A stretch of 60,984 nucleotides of DNA from a bacterium (GTDB lineage: Bacteria; Zhuqueibacterota; QNDG01; DTFT01), in the NCBI GenBank assembly GCA_030372965.1, contig JAUCQC010000275.1, positions 1 to 60,984 on the forward strand. Reading direction: 5' to 3'. A program made the translations under genes and the position numbers. Positions 37,846 through 45,585 of this stretch are shown here, one piece after another; position 1 is the first letter of the stretch, and each line of letters begins with the position of its first letter. The notes beneath the pieces were generated by a model. The model worked only from the letters and a program-made list of their open reading frames with translations. It did no database searches and was not told the DNA's origin.

Positions 37846-37951
37846 TCAGAAGTCCCGGATGGATTTAATGATTTCGAAGGTTGTTGCCGTACACTTTCGT
37901 CCCCTTTTCGGTCCGGCGACGCGGTAATCGCACAGTCCGACCGGACGGCGC

Positions 37952-38359
37952 TCACTGCACGCCTTTCATTTTCAGTATCTTGACCAGTTCTTCTTTCGGG
38001 AAAAATCCCTGGTGGCGGTGATATTCCGCCCCGTTTTCGTCCAGGAAGATCTGGGTCGGGATGGCGCGTATGCCGTATTTTTCCGCGTAAGGCCGGCCCG
38101 CGTCGGTCCACACGTCGTAAAAAACCACATCCACTTGATCGCCGTACTCCTTCTCGATATCCGCCATGATCGGCTGCATCATTTTACAGGGAATGCACTT
38201 GACCGATCCAAGCTCCACGAATGTGACTTTCTTTTTCACGGCCGGTGAGGAGACCGGTTTCAGGTTCCCGATGTTTTGTTTCGAGTCGTCACCGGAACAA
38301 CCATTCGCCGCCACGACCAGCAGTCCTACGAAAAGAATTGCGCGAATGATCCTCGTCAT
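37952..38359 (-). CDS. Exported thioredoxin-family protein
   Basis: Signal/lipobox (VAANGC), 'ELGSVKCIPCKMM', 'IRAIPTQIF'. Start MTRIIR. Confidence 0.85.
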   Translation of the reverse strand: MTRIIRAILFVGLLVVAANGCSGDDSKQNIGNLKPVSSPAVKKKVTFVELGSVKCIPCKMMQPIMADIEKEYGDQVDVVFYDVWTDAGRPYAEKYGIRAIPTQIFLDENGAEYHRHQGFFPKEELVKILKMKGVQ

Positions 38360-38427
38360 CTGATCCTCCTGTTCATTCCTTGTATCCGGATGATCCCGGC
38401 GATCCGACCGGATGGTCGTTTCGGTTC

Positions 38428-39324
38428 TCAAATAAACCTTTTTGTTTTGCACTTGTCGCATTCGAATTGAAGAGTCGTGTGGGTGACCCCGAACCGGGCT
38501 CGAAGCGTCTTCTCGATTTGCTCCTGCATCTTCTCGGTTCGGCTCACCGGCATGTCTTCCACATCGACATGGGCCTCGAAATGGACATCCGCGTCGCTGA
38601 GCTTCCACAGATGGCCGTGGTGGACGTTCCTGACACCTGGCACGGATTCGATGGAACGCCGGACCTCCGCCATATCGATCTCGGCCGGAGAAGTCATGAG
38701 GACCATGTCCGCGGATTCTTTCAGAATTCCGACGGTTTCCTTCAGGATGTACAGGGAGATGAGAATGGTCAGAACCGGATCGATCCATGTGACGCGGAGG
38801 AGCATGATCGCAATCGCGCCCGCGATGACAGCCAGGCTGGAAACCGCGTCGCCCATCAGATGGACATAGGCGGATCGAACGTTGATGTTTTTCCCGGAAT
38901 CCCGTCTCAGCAGGGCCATGCCCGCGAAATTCGCCAGAAAACCCGCCGCCGCCACCGCGAGCATGAGGTCCCCCGCGATCGGGTTCGGGTCCGAAAACCT
39001 CGCCACCGCTTCGCGGATCAGGAAGACGCAGATCACCACCAGAACGGTCGCATTGATGAGGGCCGCCAGCAGTTCCGCGCGCTTCCATCCGAAGGTGTGT
39101 TTCGGAGTCTTGGGCCTTCTGCTCATCCGCACCGCGGCCGCGCTGAGAATCAGCGCGAGGCTGTCGCCAAGGTTGTGAACAGCGTCGGAAAGGAGCGCCA
39201 GGCTTCCCGAAACGATTCCTCCGGCGATCTGAACGAGCGTGATGAACAGGTTCAGGCCGATCGTCAGGATCAGCTTCTTCTCAACGCTGTTTCCGGAGAC
39301 CGGCCGCGGATGCTCATGCGCCAT
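38428..39324 (-). CDS. Cation diffusion facilitator (CzcD/ZitB-like)
   Basis: 'SLALLSDAVHNLGD', 'HTFGWKRAE', 'SAYVHLMGDAVSS', C-terminal 'H.TLQFE'. Confidence 0.92.
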   Translation of the reverse strand: MAHEHPRPVSGNSVEKKLILTIGLNLFITLVQIAGGIVSGSLALLSDAVHNLGDSLALILSAAAVRMSRRPKTPKHTFGWKRAELLAALINATVLVVICVFLIREAVARFSDPNPIAGDLMLAVAAAGFLANFAGMALLRRDSGKNINVRSAYVHLMGDAVSSLAVIAGAIAIMLLRVTWIDPVLTILISLYILKETVGILKESADMVLMTSPAEIDMAEVRRSIESVPGVRNVHHGHLWKLSDADVHFEAHVDVEDMPVSRTEKMQEQIEKTLRARFGVTHTTLQFECDKCKTKRFI

Positions 39325-39339
39325 ATCGGACTCTTCCCC

Positions 39340-39615
39340 TCAGGACGATCCGCCGAGAAACGGCTTCAGCACGGACAGCGGCGGAAAGGAGATCGCTTCG
39401 GCTCCGCACTGATTCTTGCACGAACTGCACCCGACCACGCACTGAAACGGTTCGGCCACAACGGGCTTGTCCGTTTCATCGTTCCACGCGTACACACCGT
39501 GACCGCAAAATTCATAACAGGCCCTGCAGCCCACGCATTTCTCTTCATCCACGGTCGGGTTCCAGGGAATTTTCTCCCTGGCCGTGCCTTTCCAGAATCC
39601 GTATTCCTTCGGCAT
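39340..39615 (-). CDS. 2x[4Fe-4S] ferredoxin-family protein
   Basis: CVGCRACYEFC and CVVGCSSCKNQC motifs. Confidence 0.85.
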   Translation of the reverse strand: MPKEYGFWKGTAREKIPWNPTVDEEKCVGCRACYEFCGHGVYAWNDETDKPVVAEPFQCVVGCSSCKNQCGAEAISFPPLSVLKPFLGGSS

Positions 39616-39618
39616 GAT

Positions 39619-39858
39619 TCAGGCTCCTTTTTCGATCCATTCCCTGATCTGACCGACATTGGGCATTTTGCCCTGGACCATGAGCTTGCCGTCCAGGATC
39701 AGGGCGGGCGTGGACATGACGCCGCGCTCGATCATAGCATTGATGTCCGTCACTTTCACGACTTCGGCCGTACGGCCGAGCTCTTCCAGCGCCTTTTTCA
39801 CGTTTTCAACCGTGGCGTTGCATTTCGGGCATCCGGGGCCCAGGACTTCGATTTTCAT
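39619..39858 (-). CDS. Small redox-active disulfide protein (thioredoxin-like, MTH895/TM0996 type)
   Basis: 'MKIEVLGPGCPKC', 'GVMSTPALILDGK'. Confidence 0.9.
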   Translation of the reverse strand: MKIEVLGPGCPKCNATVENVKKALEELGRTAEVVKVTDINAMIERGVMSTPALILDGKLMVQGKMPNVGQIREWIEKGA

Positions 39859-39919
39859 CTTAATTCCTCCTGCTTTTTCCGCGCGGGCTGAAGCCCGCGA
39901 TCCCCCTGATCATCACGGA

Positions 39920-41218
39920 TCAAAACAGCCATCCATAGATCAAACCGGTGATCGTGGCCATCACCACGACCAGAGACACAAAAACAATCATTTTCTTTGT
40001 ACCCATGATACTGCGGATGACCAGCATGCTGGGCAGGGACAGCGCGGGCCCGGCCAGAAGCAGGGCGAGCGCCGGGCCCTTGCCCATGCCGTTCGCCATC
40101 AGGCCCTGCAGAATGGGCACTTCGGTCAGGGTGGCGAAATACATGAAAGCGCCGGCGATGGACGCGAAGAAATTCGCGAACAGGGAATTTCCGCCCACGG
40201 CCGAGCTGATCCATCGGGACGGAATGATACCCTCGTGCCCCACACGGCCGAGCAGAATGCCCGCCACCAGAACACCGCCCAGGAGGAGCGGGAGTATCTG
40301 TTTCAGAAATCCCCAGGTGGCGACAAACCAGTCCCCGGATTCTCCCTTGTCCGTGGCTGTGATCACGCCGAGACCGATGGCGCCCGCCGCGAAAGCCAGT
40401 ATGGGACTTCCGGGGTTCAGGACAGCCAACAATACGGCAGGAATTGCGGCGGCAGTCACCTTCCACCAGGCCAGACCGAACCAGATAACCAGGGTCAGGC
40501 CGAGGCCGGCCGCGAAAAGGGACGTGATCAGCCATTTGACCGAATAGACGGCATACCAGAACCCGGCTGGATTCAGAGGCTTGCCCCAGTTGGCGAAAAC
40601 CAGAATACCGACCATGGACGCGAAGTAAATCGCGGTTTTCCAGAGCGGCCTGGCCTCCTTTGATTGCGCAACCAGCTGGGCTTTCATCTGACGATTCGCT
40701 TCTTCCTTCCGGAAAATAAGATGCATCAGCAGTCCGATGATCACGCTGAACGCGATCGCGCCAACCGCCCGGGCGATTCCCATTTCCATGCCCAGAATTC
40801 GGGCCGTCAGAATGATGGCCAGCACGTTAATCGCGGGTCCCGAATACAGAAAGGCCGAAGCCGGACCCAGGCCCGCGCCCATCCGGTAAATGCCCGCGAA
40901 CAGCGGAAGCACGGTGCAGGAGCACACGGCCAGAATCGTTCCGGACACGGAAGCCACGCCGTACGCGAGAACCTTTTTCGCTCCCGCGCCCAGGTATTTC
41001 ATCACCGATTCCTGGCGGACGAACACGCCGATGGCGCCCGCGATGAAGAAAGCCGGGATCAGGCAGAGGACCACATGTTCCCGGGCGTACCACTTGACCA
41101 GGTGGAGCGACTCCATCACCGCGTTGTCAAAACGGGGCAAGCCGACCGGCAGGTGATAGACGCCGATAAACGCGGCCAGTATAAAAAGCAGCGTTTTCCA
41201 CTCATTCTTCCAGTTCAT
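39920..41218 (-). CDS. ArsP/DUF318-family permease
   Basis: 'EHVVLCLIPAFFIAG', 'LAVCSCTVLPLF', 'FLYSGPAIN', 'MYFATLTEVPI', 'GPALSLPSM'. Confidence 0.88.
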   Translation of the reverse strand: MNWKNEWKTLLFILAAFIGVYHLPVGLPRFDNAVMESLHLVKWYAREHVVLCLIPAFFIAGAIGVFVRQESVMKYLGAGAKKVLAYGVASVSGTILAVCSCTVLPLFAGIYRMGAGLGPASAFLYSGPAINVLAIILTARILGMEMGIARAVGAIAFSVIIGLLMHLIFRKEEANRQMKAQLVAQSKEARPLWKTAIYFASMVGILVFANWGKPLNPAGFWYAVYSVKWLITSLFAAGLGLTLVIWFGLAWWKVTAAAIPAVLLAVLNPGSPILAFAAGAIGLGVITATDKGESGDWFVATWGFLKQILPLLLGGVLVAGILLGRVGHEGIIPSRWISSAVGGNSLFANFFASIAGAFMYFATLTEVPILQGLMANGMGKGPALALLLAGPALSLPSMLVIRSIMGTKKMIVFVSLVVVMATITGLIYGWLF

Positions 41219-41239
41219 GCTGTTCTCCAGGGGGCTGGT

Positions 41240-41566
41240 TCATTGTTTCCGGATGGCTTTGATTTGTTCGGCCAGGCTGGCCTCCATCACCTCTCTCGAG
41301 CATCGCAGAAAATTCAAGGCGCACGGGATTTTCAGGGTATAATAGACATTCGTCCCCCGCTTCTCGATTCCGACGATTCCCGCGTTCTTCAGCAGAGATA
41401 AATGCTTGGACACGGTGGACGTATCCGCGCCGATCATTTGAGTCAATTCGCAGACGCAGTGTTCCTTTTTGCCCAGCGCGTCCACGATGAACAGCCGTGT
41501 GGGATGCGCCAGCGCCTTCAGTATTTTCGCGTGCAGGGCGTACTTACTCGAATCCAGTTTTTCCAA
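41240..41566 (-). CDS. arsR: ArsR-family metalloregulator
   Basis: 'LKALAHPTRL', CVC metal site ('EHCVCEL'), 'STVSKHLSLLKNAG'. TTG start after GAGG; heads the ars cluster. Confidence 0.85.
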   Translation of the reverse strand: MEKLDSSKYALHAKILKALAHPTRLFIVDALGKKEHCVCELTQMIGADTSTVSKHLSLLKNAGIVGIEKRGTNVYYTLKIPCALNFLRCSREVMEASLAEQIKAIRKQ

Positions 41567-41591
41567 AGGAACGCCTCTTCGATGTTGGTTA

Positions 41592-41626
41592 TTTGGCAAT
41601 ATAGCCAAAGATAAAAACAAAGTCAA
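41592..41626 (-). promoter_or_regulatory. sigma70 promoter with overlapping ArsR operator
   Basis: Minus strand TTGACT-17 nt-TATATT. Inverted repeat TTTGGC-AATATA-GCCAAA (41592-41609) covers the -10 box. Confidence 0.65.
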
Positions 41627-41691
41627 TAAAAAAACCTCCCGCGAGTCGGCAAAAACCCGTGTAAGGTTGTGCCGAAAGAAAACAGGCCTGA

Positions 41692-41724
41692 AACTACGAC
41701 GCACTTGACAGGTGCGTCACAGTT
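41692..41724. repeat. REP-like palindrome, family A copy 1 (degenerate)
   Basis: aactacgacgcacttg-a-caggtgcgtcacagtt; core GACGCACYTGWCARGTGCGTC. Confidence 0.7.
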
Positions 41725-41734
41725 ATGCAATCAT

Positions 41735-42886
41735 TCACCTCTCGTACATCACCGCGTTCCCCGTGAACCGCCAGGGAGGTCCGGCCGCCGGATCCTGCCG
41801 TTCGATCTTGAGATGCCCCGCATCCGTCATCTGAACGAGGAGAACGTCCCGGACGATCGCCGGGCCATCGCACAGGGTCCGGATGCCGTATCGGTACAAC
41901 TTTCCGTCCGGCTTCACGCGATAAAACAGCCTGTCCACGGTTCCCGTGTCCGCAGGAGTGAACGTGTACGAACCGGGGTTCAGCCCGATCAGCGAAACGC
42001 CGACCGAAAAAACCGGTATATCCGGATCCGCATTGTGATACACGAGCGCGATGTGGGGATCCTCGGGGAACGTTGGAGCCCCGGTCCTGAACCAGAGCCC
42101 CTGGGCCGTTCCTGCGCTGTCATATCCCACGGTTCCGCCAATGGGAGGCTTGGTCCTGAAGCCCAGTCTGCCGCACATGAATTCGCCGCATACCGGGGTC
42201 AGGATGGCGACAATTTCGTCCGTGAAATAGTCCAGCGGCGAGACCGAATGCGGATACAGGTATTCGTCGAAACAGTCGCTGGCGAAATCAACGCTCCGAG
42301 TCTCATCGTAAACGCCGAAGTCCATGCCCAGCTGGCCGGGATTCCCGCCCATCACTGCGATCGTGTCGCCCGCTGAAACAGGTATGTCCGTCCAGTAGAG
42401 GCATTGGCGGTACGTGTCCCCGCCCGTGCTGTATTCCTCGCAATCGGGCTCACCCGCCGTCCGGGCGCGGGTCATGAGGTCCTCGCGAATACGGAACAGG
42501 TGCCCCATGACGATCTGGAAACGGCCGCGGTTCGCGGTCAGCGTCATGGCGTAATCCGTGTACCCCCCGTTCACGTGCTCCGTGGCCGTGATGCGACTGA
42601 TCGTCATGTCCCCCGGGCTGAACACGGGCGTCTGCGCCATGTGGTCGTTCAAATAGAAACCGCCGTGGTCGGACGGGAATGTGTGCCCGGGCTGGTTCAT
42701 GTGCCCCAGATTCACCATGATATAGAAGGCATCTCTGTCGATGGGCAGTACGGTCAGGAATCCCCTGCCGATGTCCATTCCCGGGTCCGTCGTGTTCCTG
42801 CCGGATTTGCAGGATAACAGCGAAATCATGAGGATGAAAAATAACAGATGCCCGAATCGAGGGGTCATTCGGATATGGATTTCCAT
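41735..42886 (-). CDS. Hypothetical lipoprotein with M23/LytM-like segment
   Basis: Lipobox LLSC; 'GHTFPSDH', 'PVFSPGDM', 'MGHL', 'VSAGDTIAVMG'. GGAGG RBS before 42886. Confidence 0.55.
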   Translation of the reverse strand: MEIHIRMTPRFGHLLFFILMISLLSCKSGRNTTDPGMDIGRGFLTVLPIDRDAFYIMVNLGHMNQPGHTFPSDHGGFYLNDHMAQTPVFSPGDMTISRITATEHVNGGYTDYAMTLTANRGRFQIVMGHLFRIREDLMTRARTAGEPDCEEYSTGGDTYRQCLYWTDIPVSAGDTIAVMGGNPGQLGMDFGVYDETRSVDFASDCFDEYLYPHSVSPLDYFTDEIVAILTPVCGEFMCGRLGFRTKPPIGGTVGYDSAGTAQGLWFRTGAPTFPEDPHIALVYHNADPDIPVFSVGVSLIGLNPGSYTFTPADTGTVDRLFYRVKPDGKLYRYGIRTLCDGPAIVRDVLLVQMTDAGHLKIERQDPAAGPPWRFTGNAVMYER

Positions 42887-42931
42887 GATGCGCCTCCGTT
42901 CATACGGTAAGACCGGTCGGTCCTTCGCTTG

Positions 42932-43174
42932 TCAGGGTATGGTGTCATGCAAATCGTCCCGAGTCCACTTTTGATCCCCGACCACGGCTTCTGAGCGGTC
43001 CAGCAGAGCGGACAACTCCGAAATGATTTCTTTCTTTACCGAATCTTCCCTCAGAACGAGTGTTTCCAGATACTCGCGGATCAATCCGGTCACGGTCGTT
43101 TCCTTATCCACCGCTATTTTTCTGACCTTTTTCAGAAGCTGGCTATCAACGGCCACCGTGATGTTTCTTGTCAT
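42932..43174 (-). CDS. Ribbon-helix-helix antitoxin-like protein (DUF6364-like), no adjacent toxin
   Basis: MTRNITVAVDSQLLKKVRKIAVDKETTVTGLIREYL (RHH pattern) and C-terminal 'WTRDDLH'; GGAGG RBS. Confidence 0.65.
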   Translation of the reverse strand: MTRNITVAVDSQLLKKVRKIAVDKETTVTGLIREYLETLVLREDSVKKEIISELSALLDRSEAVVGDQKWTRDDLHDTIP

Positions 43175-43311
43175 ATTTCCTCCAAAATCTCCACCCCTGG
43201 CATGATAAGTATAATACATATTTTATTGAAAATCGAGCGTTTTATTGTATTTAGAACGATTTTCTCCCGCGAGTTTGCGTAAATCTCCGGAAGGTTGTCC
43301 GTTAAAATCAA

Positions 43312-43341
43312 ACCTGAGAGGTCTAAAAAAACCTCTCGGGT
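43312..43341. repeat. REP-like palindrome, family B copy 1
   Basis: ACCTGAGAGGT-ctaaaaaa-ACCTCTCGGGT (one G.T pair). Confidence 0.55.
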
Positions 43342-43445
43342 CTGTCCCCATGGACAATCCCGCATGCATTCCCGGTCCGCAAGTGTTAACTTTTTCAAAT
43401 ATCTAAGACGCATCCAAGAGGCACCAAAGACAAGGATATTATCTA

Positions 43446-43474
43446 TTGACATTTATTTTTTTATTGCATATATT
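43446..43474 (+). promoter_or_regulatory. Near-consensus sigma70 promoter reading into the low-GC island
   Basis: TTGACA-17 nt-TATATT. Confidence 0.55.
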
Positions 43475-43589
43475 ATAACAGTCGAGGGAGATTTCCTTCA
43501 GATTCTACTTCTTGGTGTAACCTCACAAAATCCCTTCTTGGAAATCGGCTGACAGCAGACCTCTATTAAAAACCAATTTGAGGTGTGTT

Positions 43590-43781
43590 ATGCCGTACAG
43601 AATCATAAAGAATTCATTCCATTGATTTTGTCAAGAGACAAGAGCCATTGGTTTCTATCCAGATGGTGATTCTGTTTGGTTTGAACTAAAAGATCAGGCA
43701 GCATTGAAGAATTTGAGTGGAAGAGAACCAGAATACATCAAAGATGTCTTTGAACGATGCAATAGAATTTGGTACGAATAA
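43590..43781 (+). pseudogene. Short frame with an internal TGA (possible gene remnant)
   Basis: GAGGTG RBS, then MPYRIIKNSFH*FCQETRAIGFYPDGDSVWFELKDQAALKNLSGREPEYIKDVFERCNRIWYE*; TGA at 43623-43625. Confidence 0.25.
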
Positions 43782-43887
43782 GCTATCTCTAAAATTGGTC
43801 CGGAATAATTTATGTTTTTACGAGATGATAAATGGTATATTTAAGTTTTCAACAAATACAATTGGATAAATGCGCATAGAGGATTAA

Positions 43888-45477
43888 ATGAGAAAAGTAA
43901 TTTTTTTTCTTTTTCTTACCTATGTCAATGTACTCGCACAGGACACCTTACATCTTATTGCATCGCTGTCGGGAGATAGAAAAGGCGACTGTTTTAGTGT
44001 TGTTTCAGGTTTGAATGACATCAACGGAGACGGTTACGGCGATTTTTTAGTCGGTGCGCCTGGAGGAAATTATGCCAAACTTTATATGGGCGCAGAGCCT
44101 TTTGATACTGTCGCATTTATATGTTTATGCCCACCAGGGAGTGCTGCGTTTGGAGAGACTGTGGCAGGAGGGAGCGACTTGAACGGTGATGGTTATGCAG
44201 ATTTTATCGTCGGAGCACCATATTCCTCTAGCGGTCCGCCCGATTTTTTCGAACAGTCCGGTAAAGTATTTGTTTATTTCGGTGGGCCTCAATTTGATGG
44301 GAATGCCAATTTAATTTTGGAGGGCAGCGGATGGTATTATCACTTCGGAGCATCACTTTCAATCGCGGGGGACGTCAACGGAGATGGTATTAAGGACATT
44401 GTTATTGGAGCACCCAATGACGATATAAATGGCAGAGGAAGAGGTTATATATACTTCGGCGGCGCTAGCATGGATGATACTCCTGATGTTTATCTTGAAG
44501 GCCAGGAAGGCGCGGATGCTTTTGGATGCTCCGTCTCCAGTTGCGGTGATGTGAACAAGGACGGATATGATGATGTTTTAATTGGTGCTAGCCAGCGGGG
44601 TTCAGCGAAGAGTATTGGGAAAGCCTATTTGATTTATGGAGGAAGTGAAATTACTCTTATGCATTCGGTAATATTTATTGGTGATTCAATAAAGCAAGAA
44701 TATGGTCGATTTGTCGCTGGTTTGGGTGATATTAATAATGATGGATTTAAGGACTTTGGTATAATGAGTATGGGTTATGCACGAATTATTTCAGGCAATG
44801 GTTACTCAACGCTCTTTGAAATGAATGGTTTACCTGAAAACGGTGCTTTTATCAATATTTCTGGCGTTGATGATTTCAATAATGACCACTTTGCTGATTT
44901 TGTAATTAGCACTGAAAAATTCAATAATTCATTAACAGGAGGCGTCTTTGTTTTTTTAGGGAAATCAAACACAGGCGCAGTACCTGACATTGGAATTAGT
45001 GGTCCGTTGTTGCCTTCTTGTTTTGGTTCTTCAATATCGTATTCCAGAACCATGAATGGTAAAAATTATATCCTTATAGGAGATGATCAATCGGATGGCT
45101 GGGAAGGGCCGGGCATTGTTTATATATATTCGCACGATAAAGATGATAATGTAGAAGATAATAAATATCATAAGCCGGATCTATTCCACTTAAATCAGAA
45201 TTTCCCCAATCCTTTTAATTCATCCACAATGTTGTCTTATGAAATAAATGCTCCATGCTTTTTAAAAATTGATATTATGAACTGCTATGGGTTCAATATT
45301 AGAAATTTATTTTTTGGTCAAAGAAATGTTGGATATTATTCAACAGAATGGGATGGAACCGATGAATACAACAATCCTGTTTGTAGCGGCATTTATCTTG
45401 CGAAAATATCGGGTAAGGGAGCAGGTAAAAGCTGTTTTCGGGATTTCACTACGATTAAAATCACATTAACACGATGA
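43888..45477 (+). CDS. Secreted FG-GAP/integrin-alpha-like beta-propeller protein with FlgD-Ig/T9SS-like C-terminal domain
   Basis: Signal peptide; six DxNxDG-type repeats (DINGDG, DLNGDG, DVNGDG, DVNKDG, DINNDG, DFNNDH), the first four followed by (I/V)GA; tail 'QNFPNPFNSST...WDGTD...SGIYL'. Confidence 0.9.
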   Translation: MRKVIFFLFLTYVNVLAQDTLHLIASLSGDRKGDCFSVVSGLNDINGDGYGDFLVGAPGGNYAKLYMGAEPFDTVAFICLCPPGSAAFGETVAGGSDLNGDGYADFIVGAPYSSSGPPDFFEQSGKVFVYFGGPQFDGNANLILEGSGWYYHFGASLSIAGDVNGDGIKDIVIGAPNDDINGRGRGYIYFGGASMDDTPDVYLEGQEGADAFGCSVSSCGDVNKDGYDDVLIGASQRGSAKSIGKAYLIYGGSEITLMHSVIFIGDSIKQEYGRFVAGLGDINNDGFKDFGIMSMGYARIISGNGYSTLFEMNGLPENGAFINISGVDDFNNDHFADFVISTEKFNNSLTGGVFVFLGKSNTGAVPDIGISGPLLPSCFGSSISYSRTMNGKNYILIGDDQSDGWEGPGIVYIYSHDKDDNVEDNKYHKPDLFHLNQNFPNPFNSSTMLSYEINAPCFLKIDIMNCYGFNIRNLFFGQRNVGYYSTEWDGTDEYNNPVCSGIYLAKISGKGAGKSCFRDFTTIKITLTR

Positions 45478-45585
45478 CAAAATGACCGAAATAATAGAGT
45501 TTCCTTAGATTAGTATTGTGATATTGTATTTTCATCGTTATTCAATTGTTCTTTTTATATAATAAAAATCAGGAGGGAGTCAGCC

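Noticed and set aside
35512-41566. Selenocysteine recoding in the ars/redox genes
   Set aside because: All CxxC and catalytic positions are encoded as Cys in uninterrupted frames.
43171-43552. ORFs 43171..43452 (-) and 43295..43552 (+)
   Set aside because: They run through a palindrome and promoter-like AT-rich DNA and show no recognisable protein features.
43500-43565. Possible IS terminal repeat near 'cagcagacctc'
   Set aside because: No matching inverted partner, target duplication or transposase was found.
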